Numbered from the stretch's first letter, positions 1 to 9,300 are shown. The stretch: 64,000 nucleotides of DNA from Patescibacteria group bacterium UBA6241 (GCA_002441425.1 DJWB01000001.1:298712-362711), one strand, 5' to 3'. The notes: generated from the sequence alone by a model not told the origin. Numbers and translations are program-made.

Positions 1-459
1 CAGGTTCACCCAGATGAAAAGTTTGTGGTCGTTATCGATGAGCCAGAGAACCACCTTCATCCTGAGATGCAGAGAACTCTATTAAGAGATTTTATTAATG
101 CATTTCCTCATGTTCAGTTTATAGTCTCTACTCACAACCCATTCATAGTTACCTCTTTATCGAATTCGAATGTCTTTGCACTGAAATATAACGAGGAGAA
201 TAAAGTAGAAAGTGAGAGACTAGATTTATTTGAAAAAGCAGGCTCTTCCAACGAAATTCTACGAGATGTACTTGGTCTCGATACTGCTCTTCCTCTATGG
301 GTAGAGCAACAGCTCGAGGAGGTTATTTCAAGATACTCAGCAATGAAGTTTGAGGATGAGACCTTCGTGCAGCTCAGGAAGGAACTTAAGGAGTCGGGTC
401 TAGACAGAATGGTGCCAGAAACTATCGCGCGGATAGCTGAAAAGAATACCGATGATTAA
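1..459 (+). CDS. ABC/AAA ATPase, C-terminal part (PtuA/Septu-like); 5' end lies outside the window
   Basis: Walker B/D-loop IDEPENHLHP and H-loop QFIVSTHNPF; overlaps the downstream HNH gene. Confidence 0.8.
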   Translation, partial: QVHPDEKFVVVIDEPENHLHPEMQRTLLRDFINAFPHVQFIVSTHNPFIVTSLSNSNVFALKYNEENKVESERLDLFEKAGSSNEILRDVLGLDTALPLWVEQQLEEVISRYSAMKFEDETFVQLRKELKESGLDRMVPETIARIAEKNTDD

Positions 460-1096
460 ATTAAACAAAACCGGCGAGCCAGACGTTCTGTTACGCAATA
501 AGGCTTCTTGGACGGCTGAGTACCTGAGACAAGTCGCAGCGGGCCGAGGAGTCTCTCCAACAGTAGCTGGGCGGTATCGCCACGAAGATATCAAGTCGCA
601 GCTCGTTACAGAAACCTCAGGCAAGTGCGCATATTGCGAAAGTAAGATGCTGCACGTTGCATTTGGAGACATAGAGCATATCCGGCCAAAATCCGTGAAC
701 CCTGACCTAACGTTTGAATGGGAAAACCTGACGTTAGTATGTTCAGTCTGCAATAACAACAAGCGAGACTACGATTCTCCTACTGAGCCGCTAATAAATC
801 CTTACATTGATAACCCATCTGACCATTTACGTGCTTACGGGCCGATGGTTTGGCCTAAAACGGATAGCATCCGGGGCGATTTAACAGAAAAACTCTTAGG
901 TCTAAATCGAAAAGAACTTTTCGAACGAAGGAAGGAGCGCTTGGAAAGTCTGATGCATCTTATTGAGAACTGGACACGAGAAACGAATCAAACTCGGAAG
1001 GACATCCTACAAAGACAGATTCTTGAAGAATCTAAGGAGGATAAAGAGTTCAGTCTAGTGATTAAGACGTTTCTTGAAGACTCTAAAATCATTTAG
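452..1096 (+). CDS. HNH endonuclease (PtuB/Septu-like)
   Basis: CAYCES...DIEHIRPKS...WENLTLVCSVCNNNK zinc/HNH motif; overlaps the ATPase stop. Confidence 0.85.
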   Translation: MIKLNKTGEPDVLLRNKASWTAEYLRQVAAGRGVSPTVAGRYRHEDIKSQLVTETSGKCAYCESKMLHVAFGDIEHIRPKSVNPDLTFEWENLTLVCSVCNNNKRDYDSPTEPLINPYIDNPSDHLRAYGPMVWPKTDSIRGDLTEKLLGLNRKELFERRKERLESLMHLIENWTRETNQTRKDILQRQILEESKEDKEFSLVIKTFLEDSKII

Positions 1097-1107
1097 CCTT
1101 CTTACGA

Positions 1108-2643
1108 ATGGACGAGAAGGAAAAGAAAGACGAGCTATATAGGGCTTACAAGCCTCTCCGCAACCATCTGAGGAAGCTCAGTGTACCCGAGTCACTCCTA
1201 GTTCTTTGGCATTACCTACGCCATCTCCATTCAGGAAATACGGAATTTCCTGACATAGACGTAAGCCAAGAGTTTTTGGAAGCCGACCATATACAGAAGC
1301 GACGTGGCATATCCGAATGGGATTTAGAAATACTAATCCGAGAAGTCATCATTCATGGCTGGTCTTGGGATGAGGACCAGAAAACGCTTCGCAAAGGCAA
1401 CTATCTGGCTGGAGCAGTCAATAAATTAAAGGACATTAATGGGAGCATCTCAAAGCTATATATCAATAAGGACAATGTGCTAAAGGAGATGGCACGTCTT
1501 TCGCACCAGCAGTTCATGTGGGTCATAAAGAAACCGACCATGAACTCTTTTACGAGGTATTACAAGATTTTTAGTGCACCTGGCCTAGATACATTACTTG
1601 AAAGCCATTTTGAACTGACCATACAGGAGATATTTATTTTTGCTTCTGCTGTATGGGGCTATTTCCAGAACAAGGCAGCACTCGACAATCCACCAAAGAT
1701 TCAAATTCTAAATCTTACGCCAGAAGATTTTGAGAAGTTCGTATCTAAGTTCACCAAAGATTGCGAATCTCTGCGTGAAGACATGCTCGCCTCGAGAAAA
1801 ATTGACGACCGTTTCTTTTACGACTTCAATCCTTTGCGCCGATACCCCCTGATAAGCATGAGGTACTTTGGAAAGGATAGTATCGTGTGTCCCGACCCAA
1901 CTATTTTATACTGGCGGCTTACCGACGGCATTTACTACGAATTGTTCGATAAACCCGGTTTCAGTGAACCTTTTGGAACTTCATTTGAGAATTATGTTGG
2001 TGAGGTCTTAGAGAAAACTTGTGGCGCCTTCAGTATTCTAAAAGAGGAAGAATATGGACCTAAACGAGACCGAAAGAAATCTATTGACTGGATAGTGGAT
2101 GCAGGTCGAGATGCACTTTTTATTGAGTGTAAGACCAAGCGAATGCGCCACAACGCAAAAGCGGAACTTCTTTCTAATGAAGTACAGGAAGCGGACTTGG
2201 AAAAGATGGCCGACTTTGTCGTACAAGCTTATAAAAGTATCCGAGACTACAAAGCCAGAAAGTATCCTCATTTGGCTTACAGATGGAGACGACGTGTGTA
2301 CCCGATGATAGTTACCTTGGAAGACTGGATGATATTCGGTGACTATCTTATGGGACAACTCGACAGCATGATAAGGACAAAGATGCAGACAGAAAATCTA
2401 CCGCTTTGGTATCTCGAGGCTATGCCCTATTCGATATGCCCCATTCAGACTTTTGAGAACCTAATTCAGGTAATAGCTGAGAAAGGTATCCATGATGTAG
2501 TTGCTGATAAGTGCAGAGATGACGACAAGAAGCTCTGGGATTATTCCGCCTATGCACCCGACAAGTATCCGGAAGAGTGGAAGAAGTGCTCTTTCCTCTT
2601 CGAAGAAGATTTTGAAAAGATACTACCTCCCGAGTTCTACTAA
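1108..2643 (+). CDS. Hypothetical 511-aa protein with a probable C-terminal PD-(D/E)xK nuclease-like domain
   Basis: Long ORF 11 nt after the HNH gene; FENYV...SIDWIV...LFIECKT resembles an E..D..ExK restriction-fold motif. Confidence 0.6.
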   Translation: MDEKEKKDELYRAYKPLRNHLRKLSVPESLLVLWHYLRHLHSGNTEFPDIDVSQEFLEADHIQKRRGISEWDLEILIREVIIHGWSWDEDQKTLRKGNYLAGAVNKLKDINGSISKLYINKDNVLKEMARLSHQQFMWVIKKPTMNSFTRYYKIFSAPGLDTLLESHFELTIQEIFIFASAVWGYFQNKAALDNPPKIQILNLTPEDFEKFVSKFTKDCESLREDMLASRKIDDRFFYDFNPLRRYPLISMRYFGKDSIVCPDPTILYWRLTDGIYYELFDKPGFSEPFGTSFENYVGEVLEKTCGAFSILKEEEYGPKRDRKKSIDWIVDAGRDALFIECKTKRMRHNAKAELLSNEVQEADLEKMADFVVQAYKSIRDYKARKYPHLAYRWRRRVYPMIVTLEDWMIFGDYLMGQLDSMIRTKMQTENLPLWYLEAMPYSICPIQTFENLIQVIAEKGIHDVVADKCRDDDKKLWDYSAYAPDKYPEEWKKCSFLFEEDFEKILPPEFY

Positions 2644-2957
2644 TTACTTACCCTCAGATATTTGTAATGACCGTATAGAGCAGGTGTGTAGTAGTGGGCA
2701 AAGAAAAAGAATTGTCCTACAAATGCTCCACACTCCTTACAGACGTTTGCCAAGTAGGTCTCTTCTGAAGTCTTGCTAAATATAGTCTTAAGAAGGACAC
2801 CGTGCTCCTCTGCCAACGATACTTCTTCATTGGAAAAGCCTTCCGGTCCTCCATATAGATTTCCTGCGTTATCTCCAATCAGCGCAATAAGCATTGGTTT
2901 ATCGCACTGCCAACACTCGGCACTGATTATCATCATTTGTCCTTCTGGTTCGTCCAT
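2640..2957 (-). CDS. Small zinc-ribbon protein (CxxC...CxxC)
   Basis: CWQC and CKEC pairs; TATAAT 7 nt before the ATG at 2957 suggests this start rather than 2981. Confidence 0.55.
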   Translation of the reverse strand: MDEPEGQMMIISAECWQCDKPMLIALIGDNAGNLYGGPEGFSNEEVSLAEEHGVLLKTIFSKTSEETYLANVCKECGAFVGQFFFFAHYYTPALYGHYKYLRVSN

Positions 2958-3395
2958 TCCGGCTATTATACAGAATTCCAATAAACCGATATCCCTTCAA
3001 AACCAAGGAAATTCTCCTCTAATATTGGGCATCCTCCCGCGCGTACAAATTGCTCCATTAAAACACCCACCACCTATTCGGACTTGTGTTCGGATTTGCG
3101 ATAAGTTAAGAACCTCGAAGCACGGCTTACCCACTCTTGAGGCTGCTCTTGTCTACTCTCTCCTAAGGCTCTCTGTAGCCAGCAGTCGGTCAACGGGTAG
3201 AGGAATACGAGAATACAGATAGAAAGCCTCGTATCTCGCGAAGTGACTCCGTAGGATATGGGAATACGTCTTCCCAAGGAATAGTTCGTAAGTTCTCCCT
3301 CCAAGCGAGCCAGACATAATAAGAAATAGAGGCTCGACAAGAATCTGAGAAGAACTCGCGAAGCGAAAAGTGTCTCAGGTGATGTTATTTTCACT

Positions 3396-3515
3396 ATGGA
3401 CTATAGTAGCCTTAGAAGTACCAACGATACAGAGAACCGAATAGCACCCCCTCTTGAGACAATTTCTAAACTTGCCAAGGTGCTCGATTTAAGTACCGCA
3501 GAACTGCTAAAATAG
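3396..3515 (+). pseudogene. Truncated XRE-family HTH (RM controller C-protein-like) remnant
   Basis: 39-aa frame ending PPLETISKLAKVLDLSTAELLK*, the typical XRE C-terminal half; stop 4 nt before the methylase ATG; N-terminal helices absent. Confidence 0.55.
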
Positions 3516-3519
3516 AGTT

Positions 3520-4476
3520 ATGACTACGCAACAAGCAATCATAAAACTCGCAAATGAGTTGAATATCAATAGTATCTACGCACGCCATGTTTTCCATACT
3601 GCAGATAAGACACGATTGTTTGAAGATGCAACACGAATTGTCAACGAGAAACCAAAGCCGTTCGTGAAATGGGTGGGCGGCAAAAGACAGTTACTCCGCC
3701 AATTTCGTGATATGGGATTATATCCGCCTGATGATTTTGATCCTGTCACAAATACTTACTTTGAGCCATTTGTCGGGGGTGGAGCCGTCTTTTTCGACCT
3801 ACTCCCAAAAAAGGCAGAACTTTCTGATTTAAATAATGAACTTGTAACAACATACAATGTCATCAAAAATGACGTTGATGAACTAATCAAATCACTCAAA
3901 AAGCATAAGTACGAAAAAGAATACTATCTTAAAGTACGCGCAAAAAATCCAAAAAGTTTGTCAGATCTTAATGTTGCATCTCGGTTCATCTACCTAAATC
4001 GTACTTGTTTCAATGGTATGTACCGGGTGAACAGCAAAGGTGGTTTCAATGTGCCCTTTGGCAAATATACAAATCCTATAATTTGCGACGAAGAAAACTT
4101 AATCAAAGCGTCAAAAGCACTACAAAAAGTAACTATCAAAAATCAGGATTATAAAAAAGTCCTTGAAAAGGCAGGGAAAGGTGACTTTGTGTATTTTGAT
4201 CCACCTTATTATCCAGTAAGCAAAACTGCCTCGTTCACTTCGTACACAGCAGACACATTCTTGGAAAAAGAGCAGTTGGAATTACGAGATGTATTTATAG
4301 AATTACACAAGCGTGACTGTTTTGTCATGCTTTCAAATTCCGATACTCCTTTAATCAATGAACTTTACTCAAATATCAAAGGAGTGAAAGTATCAAAAGT
4401 AGCCGCTGGGCGTGCGATAAACTCAAACGCAGCAAAGCGTGGAAAAATTAGCGAGGTATTAGTAACTAACTACTGA
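3520..4476 (+). CDS. Dam/DpnM-type N6-adenine DNA methyltransferase (probably GATC)
   Basis: KWVGGK, EPFVGGGAV, YLNRTCFNGMYRVN and DPPY motifs. Confidence 0.92.
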   Translation: MTTQQAIIKLANELNINSIYARHVFHTADKTRLFEDATRIVNEKPKPFVKWVGGKRQLLRQFRDMGLYPPDDFDPVTNTYFEPFVGGGAVFFDLLPKKAELSDLNNELVTTYNVIKNDVDELIKSLKKHKYEKEYYLKVRAKNPKSLSDLNVASRFIYLNRTCFNGMYRVNSKGGFNVPFGKYTNPIICDEENLIKASKALQKVTIKNQDYKKVLEKAGKGDFVYFDPPYYPVSKTASFTSYTADTFLEKEQLELRDVFIELHKRDCFVMLSNSDTPLINELYSNIKGVKVSKVAAGRAINSNAAKRGKISEVLVTNY

Positions 4477-4481
4477 ACGAC

Positions 4482-5342
4482 ATGAATAAAACATTTACAG
4501 AACTGATAGATGGTTTCAAAAGCTCCATAAAAACGTGGGATTATTTTGTAAATTGGGACAAAGTGCAAGCAAACTCTGCCGATCTTGAAATTTCGCTCAA
4601 TAAACTGAATTACTTACTTGGTAAAGAGAATCTCAAAGATGAATTTGCTAAACTTTACGAATCAAATCCCGATATTGTAAAAGCATTACCTGTTTTGCTT
4701 GCGGTACGAGAGAACAAGTTAGAAATTTTTGATAAAACTACAAAGGAATCAGAGTTTTTTGATTTTTCCATAGGCAAAGATGACGCAGAAAAGTATTCTG
4801 AGTTTATTGAAAAGTCTGGACTAGCTCGTTTGTTTCAAAAGGACGGGATCAAAAATCTTGTTGATTATGTTATTGGGGTTGAAGTTGGTTTAGATAGCAA
4901 TGGACGTAAAAACCGTGGCGGTACGCTTATGGAGAAAATTGTTGGAACGTATATCAAAGATTTTGCCGAAGAACACGGTTTTGAATATCTTGCACAAGCA
5001 CGCGCTACAGAGATAAAGACAAGGTGGGGTTATGATGTTGAGGTTGATAAATCAGAACGAAGTTTTGATTTTGCCGTATACAATCCGCAAGCAAAGAAGC
5101 TTAAACTGTTTGAGGTAAACTTCTATAACGGAGGTGGCTCAAAACTAAAAGCAGTCTGCGGTGAATTCCGTAGTTTGTATAGCGAACTAACGAAACAAGG
5201 AATTGATTTTGTTTGGGTTACTGACGGTCTTGGTTGGAAAACAGCAAAACGACCGTTAGAAGAAACCTTTAATCACAACAACGGAGAAATCTTTAATCTT
5301 AATATGCTTGAAGATAGGGTCTTGGAGGAGCTAACTTGGTAA
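4482..5342 (+). CDS. DpnII/MboI-family type II restriction endonuclease
   Basis: DYFVNWDKV, GVEVGLDSNGRKNRGG, EVNFYNGGGSKL and FVWVTDGLGW are DpnII-family motifs; flanked by two methylases. Confidence 0.9.
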   Translation: MNKTFTELIDGFKSSIKTWDYFVNWDKVQANSADLEISLNKLNYLLGKENLKDEFAKLYESNPDIVKALPVLLAVRENKLEIFDKTTKESEFFDFSIGKDDAEKYSEFIEKSGLARLFQKDGIKNLVDYVIGVEVGLDSNGRKNRGGTLMEKIVGTYIKDFAEEHGFEYLAQARATEIKTRWGYDVEVDKSERSFDFAVYNPQAKKLKLFEVNFYNGGGSKLKAVCGEFRSLYSELTKQGIDFVWVTDGLGWKTAKRPLEETFNHNNGEIFNLNMLEDRVLEELTW

Positions 5343-5346
5343 ACAA

Positions 5347-6093
5347 ATGGCAAGGGAAATAAAACTACACCCCGAAGAATTCGATCTTGAATGCACAACG
5401 GTGTGGGCTTTTCCAAGGCGTGGAAATTGGGCAACTCACAAATCTGATTGGCGCGGAAATTGGTCGCCAGAAGTTGCACGTAATCTTATTCTCCGATATT
5501 CCAACGAGGGCGATATTTTACTCGATCCGATGATTGGTGGTGGGACAACAGCGATTGAAGCAAAGATACTCAATCGCAATATTATCTGTTCTGATGTGAA
5601 TGATATTGCGCTAGAACGAACGAAAGAAAGTTTGAGATTTGAGGTTGAAAACAAAGCGTGGCAAAAGATTGTCAAGCGCGATGCTCGCAACCTTAACAAA
5701 GCTGAAAATGAAAGTATTGATTTTATTCTCACACACCCACCCTATGCCGACATTATCAAATACAGTGAAGGAGAAATTGACGAGGACCTTTCAAATATAC
5801 ATGAAATAGAGGAGTTTGCTGACGAAATGGAGAAAGTCGCAAATGAATTGTATCGAGTTCTTAAGCCTGGTAAATTTTGTGCAATTTTAATTGGCGATAC
5901 ACGCCGACAAAAGATGTATCAGCCACTTGCATATCGGGTTATGGACCGATTCCTAAATGCAGGATTTAACCTCAAGGAGGACATAATAAAGCGCCAATTT
6001 AACTGCAAAGCAACTGGCTTTTGGGTCGAGAAATCTAAACAAGGCAATTTTTTGTTAATAATGCATGAGCATCTGTTTGTGTTTCAAAAATAA
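5347..6093 (+). CDS. Second amino (N4-C/N6-A) DNA methyltransferase of the RM system
   Basis: LLDPMIGGGTT SAM-binding motif and THPPY catalytic motif. Confidence 0.85.
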   Translation: MAREIKLHPEEFDLECTTVWAFPRRGNWATHKSDWRGNWSPEVARNLILRYSNEGDILLDPMIGGGTTAIEAKILNRNIICSDVNDIALERTKESLRFEVENKAWQKIVKRDARNLNKAENESIDFILTHPPYADIIKYSEGEIDEDLSNIHEIEEFADEMEKVANELYRVLKPGKFCAILIGDTRRQKMYQPLAYRVMDRFLNAGFNLKEDIIKRQFNCKATGFWVEKSKQGNFLLIMHEHLFVFQK

Positions 6094-6210
6094 TTATTTT
6101 GCAGAAAGAATTCACCAAACAATAATTTTGAATAGAATTAATGCGAAGTCTGTTGCGAAACTCCAAGAAGTTCGGATTTCATCAATACAGATAGAGCCCA
6201 AAAGTCTGGT

Positions 6211-7509
6211 CTACAACAATACCAGCGAAGCAAGTCCAAGAAACGCAAAGAATCCAAGCACGTCAGTTGCTGTAGTAATGAAAATTGTTGCTGACGTGGC
6301 CGGGTCTTTCCCCATTGCTTTCATAACGAGCGGGATAAGTGCCCCAAAGAATCCAGCAACAACTAGGTTAAAGACCATAGCAAACGCAAGTACGAGACCG
6401 AGCATCGGGTCTCCATTCCAGAAAGTAGCGACAACGGCAACGAGTACTCCGGTTATAACTCCATTAATAAACCCTGCACCAACTTCTCTGGAAATAGCAG
6501 GTAGTCCATTCTTGAGATTGATCTCTCCAATGGTGATACCCCGCACAATAACAGCGAGTGTTTGTGTCGCTGCATTTCCTCCCATACCCGCAACAATAGG
6601 CATGTACATAGCAAGCACTACAAGCTGACTAAGTGTGTCTTCAAATAAACCAACAACTGCAGCAGCAAGGAAGGCTGTTGCAAGGTTAATGATGAGCCAC
6701 TTATATCTGCTCTTTACCTTGCTCCCCACAGTGTCAAAAGATCGCTCAGCATCTGCCACACCCGCAAAGTTATAGAGCGCAGCAGCGGGCTCTCTACTAA
6801 AGAGTGCGAGCGCATCGTCTGAATACACAATGCCAATAACGCTGCCGTCTCTATCAAGCACTGCTATCTTGCTATGCTTCGTAGCACCAAATGAACTCAC
6901 AACTTCATGAATGTCAGCTTCATATGTTACTGACCGCACAGGAACTACGAAATGCTTCAGTGTCTTATGGTTGCTTTCTCGCACCAATACAGAAAGCGGA
7001 GCCTCTCCAATAAGCTCCCCGTTTTCATGCACAAGTATCTCAGGAAGTTTGCCGAGTTCCCGGTAATGCTCATCAATAGCGTCTGCAGTATCTCCAATAG
7101 TTGAATCGCTAGATACAAGAAGATAATTAAAATTAAGAAGCGAAAGAGCAGCCTTTGGATGGAAACGTAAGAAATAGCTCGCCTTATCTTTAAGCTCACT
7201 TTTTACTCTCGCGATGATTCTCTCACGTCGCTTTTGATTCTTAACAAGCGCGAGTGCATTCTCTGCATGCTGCATATCCATCTGATCAAGAAGATTGACC
7301 ATCTCTTCGTCCTTCAAACTATCAAGGATGCTTTTCCTGACGTGAGGAGAAAGATTGTCAAACAGTGCTGCCTGTTCAGAGACTGAAAGATCTCGGAACA
7401 ACTCCATCCTTTTCTTTGGGTGGTATGTAAGATCGTGCGCCAAAATACTTGGAGTCCTAATGGAGGATGTGTTCGGGTGTACAGCTGAATGGTCTATACC
7501 TTTAGACAT
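6211..7509 (-). CDS. mgtE: MgtE-family magnesium transporter
   Basis: N-domain, CBS pair and TM domain with GMGGNAATQ and DPATSATIFITTATDVLG. Confidence 0.92.
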   Translation of the reverse strand: MSKGIDHSAVHPNTSSIRTPSILAHDLTYHPKKRMELFRDLSVSEQAALFDNLSPHVRKSILDSLKDEEMVNLLDQMDMQHAENALALVKNQKRRERIIARVKSELKDKASYFLRFHPKAALSLLNFNYLLVSSDSTIGDTADAIDEHYRELGKLPEILVHENGELIGEAPLSVLVRESNHKTLKHFVVPVRSVTYEADIHEVVSSFGATKHSKIAVLDRDGSVIGIVYSDDALALFSREPAAALYNFAGVADAERSFDTVGSKVKSRYKWLIINLATAFLAAAVVGLFEDTLSQLVVLAMYMPIVAGMGGNAATQTLAVIVRGITIGEINLKNGLPAISREVGAGFINGVITGVLVAVVATFWNGDPMLGLVLAFAMVFNLVVAGFFGALIPLVMKAMGKDPATSATIFITTATDVLGFFAFLGLASLVLL

Positions 7510-7551
7510 ACGGATTTAACTTAGTATAGCCTCAGTACGAGCATACACATA

Positions 7552-7641
7552 GACAGAGCGCTCGCAGCAGGATTCACTGCCCACCTCACAAAGCCTGTTG
7601 GAGTTGAGGAGTTAAAGAGTGCTCTTGAGGCACATCTCTAA
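7552..7641 (+). pseudogene. Remnant of the C-terminus of a response-regulator receiver (REC) domain
   Basis: Frame reads DRALAAGFTAHLTKPVGVEELKSALEAHL*; no ATG start, and an in-frame TAG upstream at 7522. Confidence 0.55.
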
Positions 7642-7703
7642 ACCCGAGCATTTTATTCAAATGCGTAGTATCGTATAGGCATCATTATTAGTACGTACCA
7701 CTT

Positions 7704-7811
7704 ATGGCAGCAAACAGTCACGGCGTGAGTCCGAAGAAACCTCGGAAGCACCCACAAAAGACGGCAAAACGTCTTGCAATCAAGAAAGCGAGAAAAGAGG
7801 CCGGAAAATAA
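7704..7811 (+). CDS. 35-aa highly basic small protein (not in the ORF track)
   Basis: MAANSHGVSPKKPRKHPQKTAKRLAIKKARKEAGK*, followed by a terminator-like hairpin at 7823-7845. Confidence 0.55.
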   Translation: MAANSHGVSPKKPRKHPQKTAKRLAIKKARKEAGK

Positions 7812-7822
7812 GAAGCCATTGG

Positions 7823-7850
7823 CACCACACAGTCTTTGTGTGGTGTTCTT
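7823..7850 (+). terminator. Probable intrinsic terminator
   Basis: CACCACACA-gtctt-TGTGTGGTG followed by ttctt. Confidence 0.55.
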
Positions 7851-7885
7851 GCAATATGGTCTAATTTATTGTACTATAGCGTGTA

Positions 7886-8128
7886 ATGAGATCTCCTGAT
7901 GTTGATCGTATTCGCTGTGAAAAACAGCTCAATCTTCCTGCCTTTGTGAAGGCATATAACGAGGATCTGCCTGAGCAGTTTCCCCAGGCAACACTTGAGC
8001 TTCTGCAAGAATTTAAGAAGCAGAATAGTTCCCTCTTCAAGCAATCTCGTACGTGGTCTTTAGACCAGCACCGCAAGAAAGTTATGGACTGGCTTCCTGC
8101 ACACACTCGCGCGCTAGAGAGTAACTGA
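7886..8128 (+). CDS. Hypothetical protein, 80 aa
   Basis: ORF preceded by a TACTAT -10-like element; protein-like composition. Confidence 0.6.
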   Translation: MRSPDVDRIRCEKQLNLPAFVKAYNEDLPEQFPQATLELLQEFKKQNSSLFKQSRTWSLDQHRKKVMDWLPAHTRALESN

Positions 8129-8335
8129 AAGTAGTTTAGAGGGGCTGTGATGCCCATTCACAATACGCACTTGAGCTACAGACACCTGTAGCTCTTTTGC
8201 AATAATTTCACAGACTCGTGTATTGGCTTGATTCCGCTCTGCCTTTTCGCGAACGGCTATTACAAAGTGATCTGCAGACTTTTGTTTGCAGTCTTCCTTC
8301 TTAGCGCCCGCAGTAACGCGAACGTGAATATACAC
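8114..8335 (-). CDS. DUF167/YggU family protein
   Basis: IHVRVTAGAKK...AERNQAN...IVNGHHSPSK pattern. Confidence 0.8.
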   Translation of the reverse strand: MYIHVRVTAGAKKEDCKQKSADHFVIAVREKAERNQANTRVCEIIAKELQVSVAQVRIVNGHHSPSKLLSVTL

Positions 8336-8844
8336 TATGGAGTTTTCTGCACAACACGCACTATCTCCCCACTTTGAAGCGTAACAATAAAGACCGGGTC
8401 AGTATCTTCAAGAAGCTCTTTCAAGACTTCAATGGAATTCCCAGATTCTTCTAGGAATGAGAATGTTACTTCTTTAATAAGAGCTACATCAAACCCTGGT
8501 GCTCCACTTGGGCGCACATAGTAGCCGTCTTCAAGCGTAGGTACGCATGTTTCAATCTCAGCACCACAGACAACTTCAGCTTCTGCAGATGTGCGTGCTG
8601 CTTCTCCTTCAAAGTACGTAACGTGTTCCATTGCCAGATTTGTTTCCTCTGGAGACTCTGTAACTGATGAAATCGTTACATAGTATTCTCCATCAACAAC
8701 ACCAACGGGTGCAGCGGGAACTTCCTCAGTGAGAACAACTTCCTTCTCAGGCGCCAGCACAACAAGGAAATAATAGAGACCTGCGGCAAGGAGCACGAAG
8801 AACAACGCTACGAGAATCAGGAAGTGGCTTGAGCGGATTAACAT
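8335..8844 (-). CDS. Hypothetical membrane-anchored exported protein
   Basis: N-terminal TM helix and acidic soluble domain; TATACT 6 nt before ATG. Confidence 0.7.
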   Translation of the reverse strand: MLIRSSHFLILVALFFVLLAAGLYYFLVVLAPEKEVVLTEEVPAAPVGVVDGEYYVTISSVTESPEETNLAMEHVTYFEGEAARTSAEAEVVCGAEIETCVPTLEDGYYVRPSGAPGFDVALIKEVTFSFLEESGNSIEVLKELLEDTDPVFIVTLQSGEIVRVVQKTP

Positions 8845-8887
8845 ACCCTCAGTATACCTAAGTTCCCTGATGCGTGCCTATTCCGGC

Positions 8888-9241
8888 TTATTCGGATGCT
8901 TCTAGCTTTGCTGCGGCCTCAGGAGTTGAAACTGCCTTGCCCATAAGCAAGAGTTTAAGCAGCCCGATCGCCACCAACCAGTACACAACCATAGCAAGGA
9001 GCGTGGTCCACTCAAACACGCTCCCTGCAACCTGAGATGTGCCAAAGACCGTTGAGAATGGCAGAGTGAACGGGTACGTAACAGAGTAAATAAAGTTAGT
9101 GAATCCCGCTCCTGGGTTCGCTCCAAGGAGTTTAAGTACAAACCGAAACGCAAGGAGTGCTTCCAATAGTCCGAGAAGATACCACACTACTTGAGTCCCT
9201 CTATACAAAGGTTTGGTGCTAGGTGCAACGTATGAATCCAT
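8888..9241 (-). CDS. YggT-family membrane protein
   Basis: RFVLKLLGANP...FTNFIYSVTYPFTLPF pattern with TM helices. Confidence 0.8.
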   Translation of the reverse strand: MDSYVAPSTKPLYRGTQVVWYLLGLLEALLAFRFVLKLLGANPGAGFTNFIYSVTYPFTLPFSTVFGTSQVAGSVFEWTTLLAMVVYWLVAIGLLKLLLMGKAVSTPEAAAKLEASE

Positions 9242-9267
9242 AAAATTGAGTTAGTGAATATACACTC

Positions 9268-9300
9268 ATACTCGCAGAAAGGGTGTGAAGACCTCATGAA
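9268..9300 (-). promoter_or_regulatory. Candidate OmpR-family box upstream of the YggT gene
   Basis: Minus strand TTCATGAGGTC-TTCACA (11-bp period) with GAGTAT starting 16 nt after the start of the second repeat. Confidence 0.4.

Noticed and set aside
2990-3395. Possible retron msr-msd or gene in the gap inside the defence island (ORFs 2773-3222 + and 3074-3394 -)
   Set aside because: No bracketing inverted repeats, no RT in the window and no recognisable protein motifs; left unexplained.
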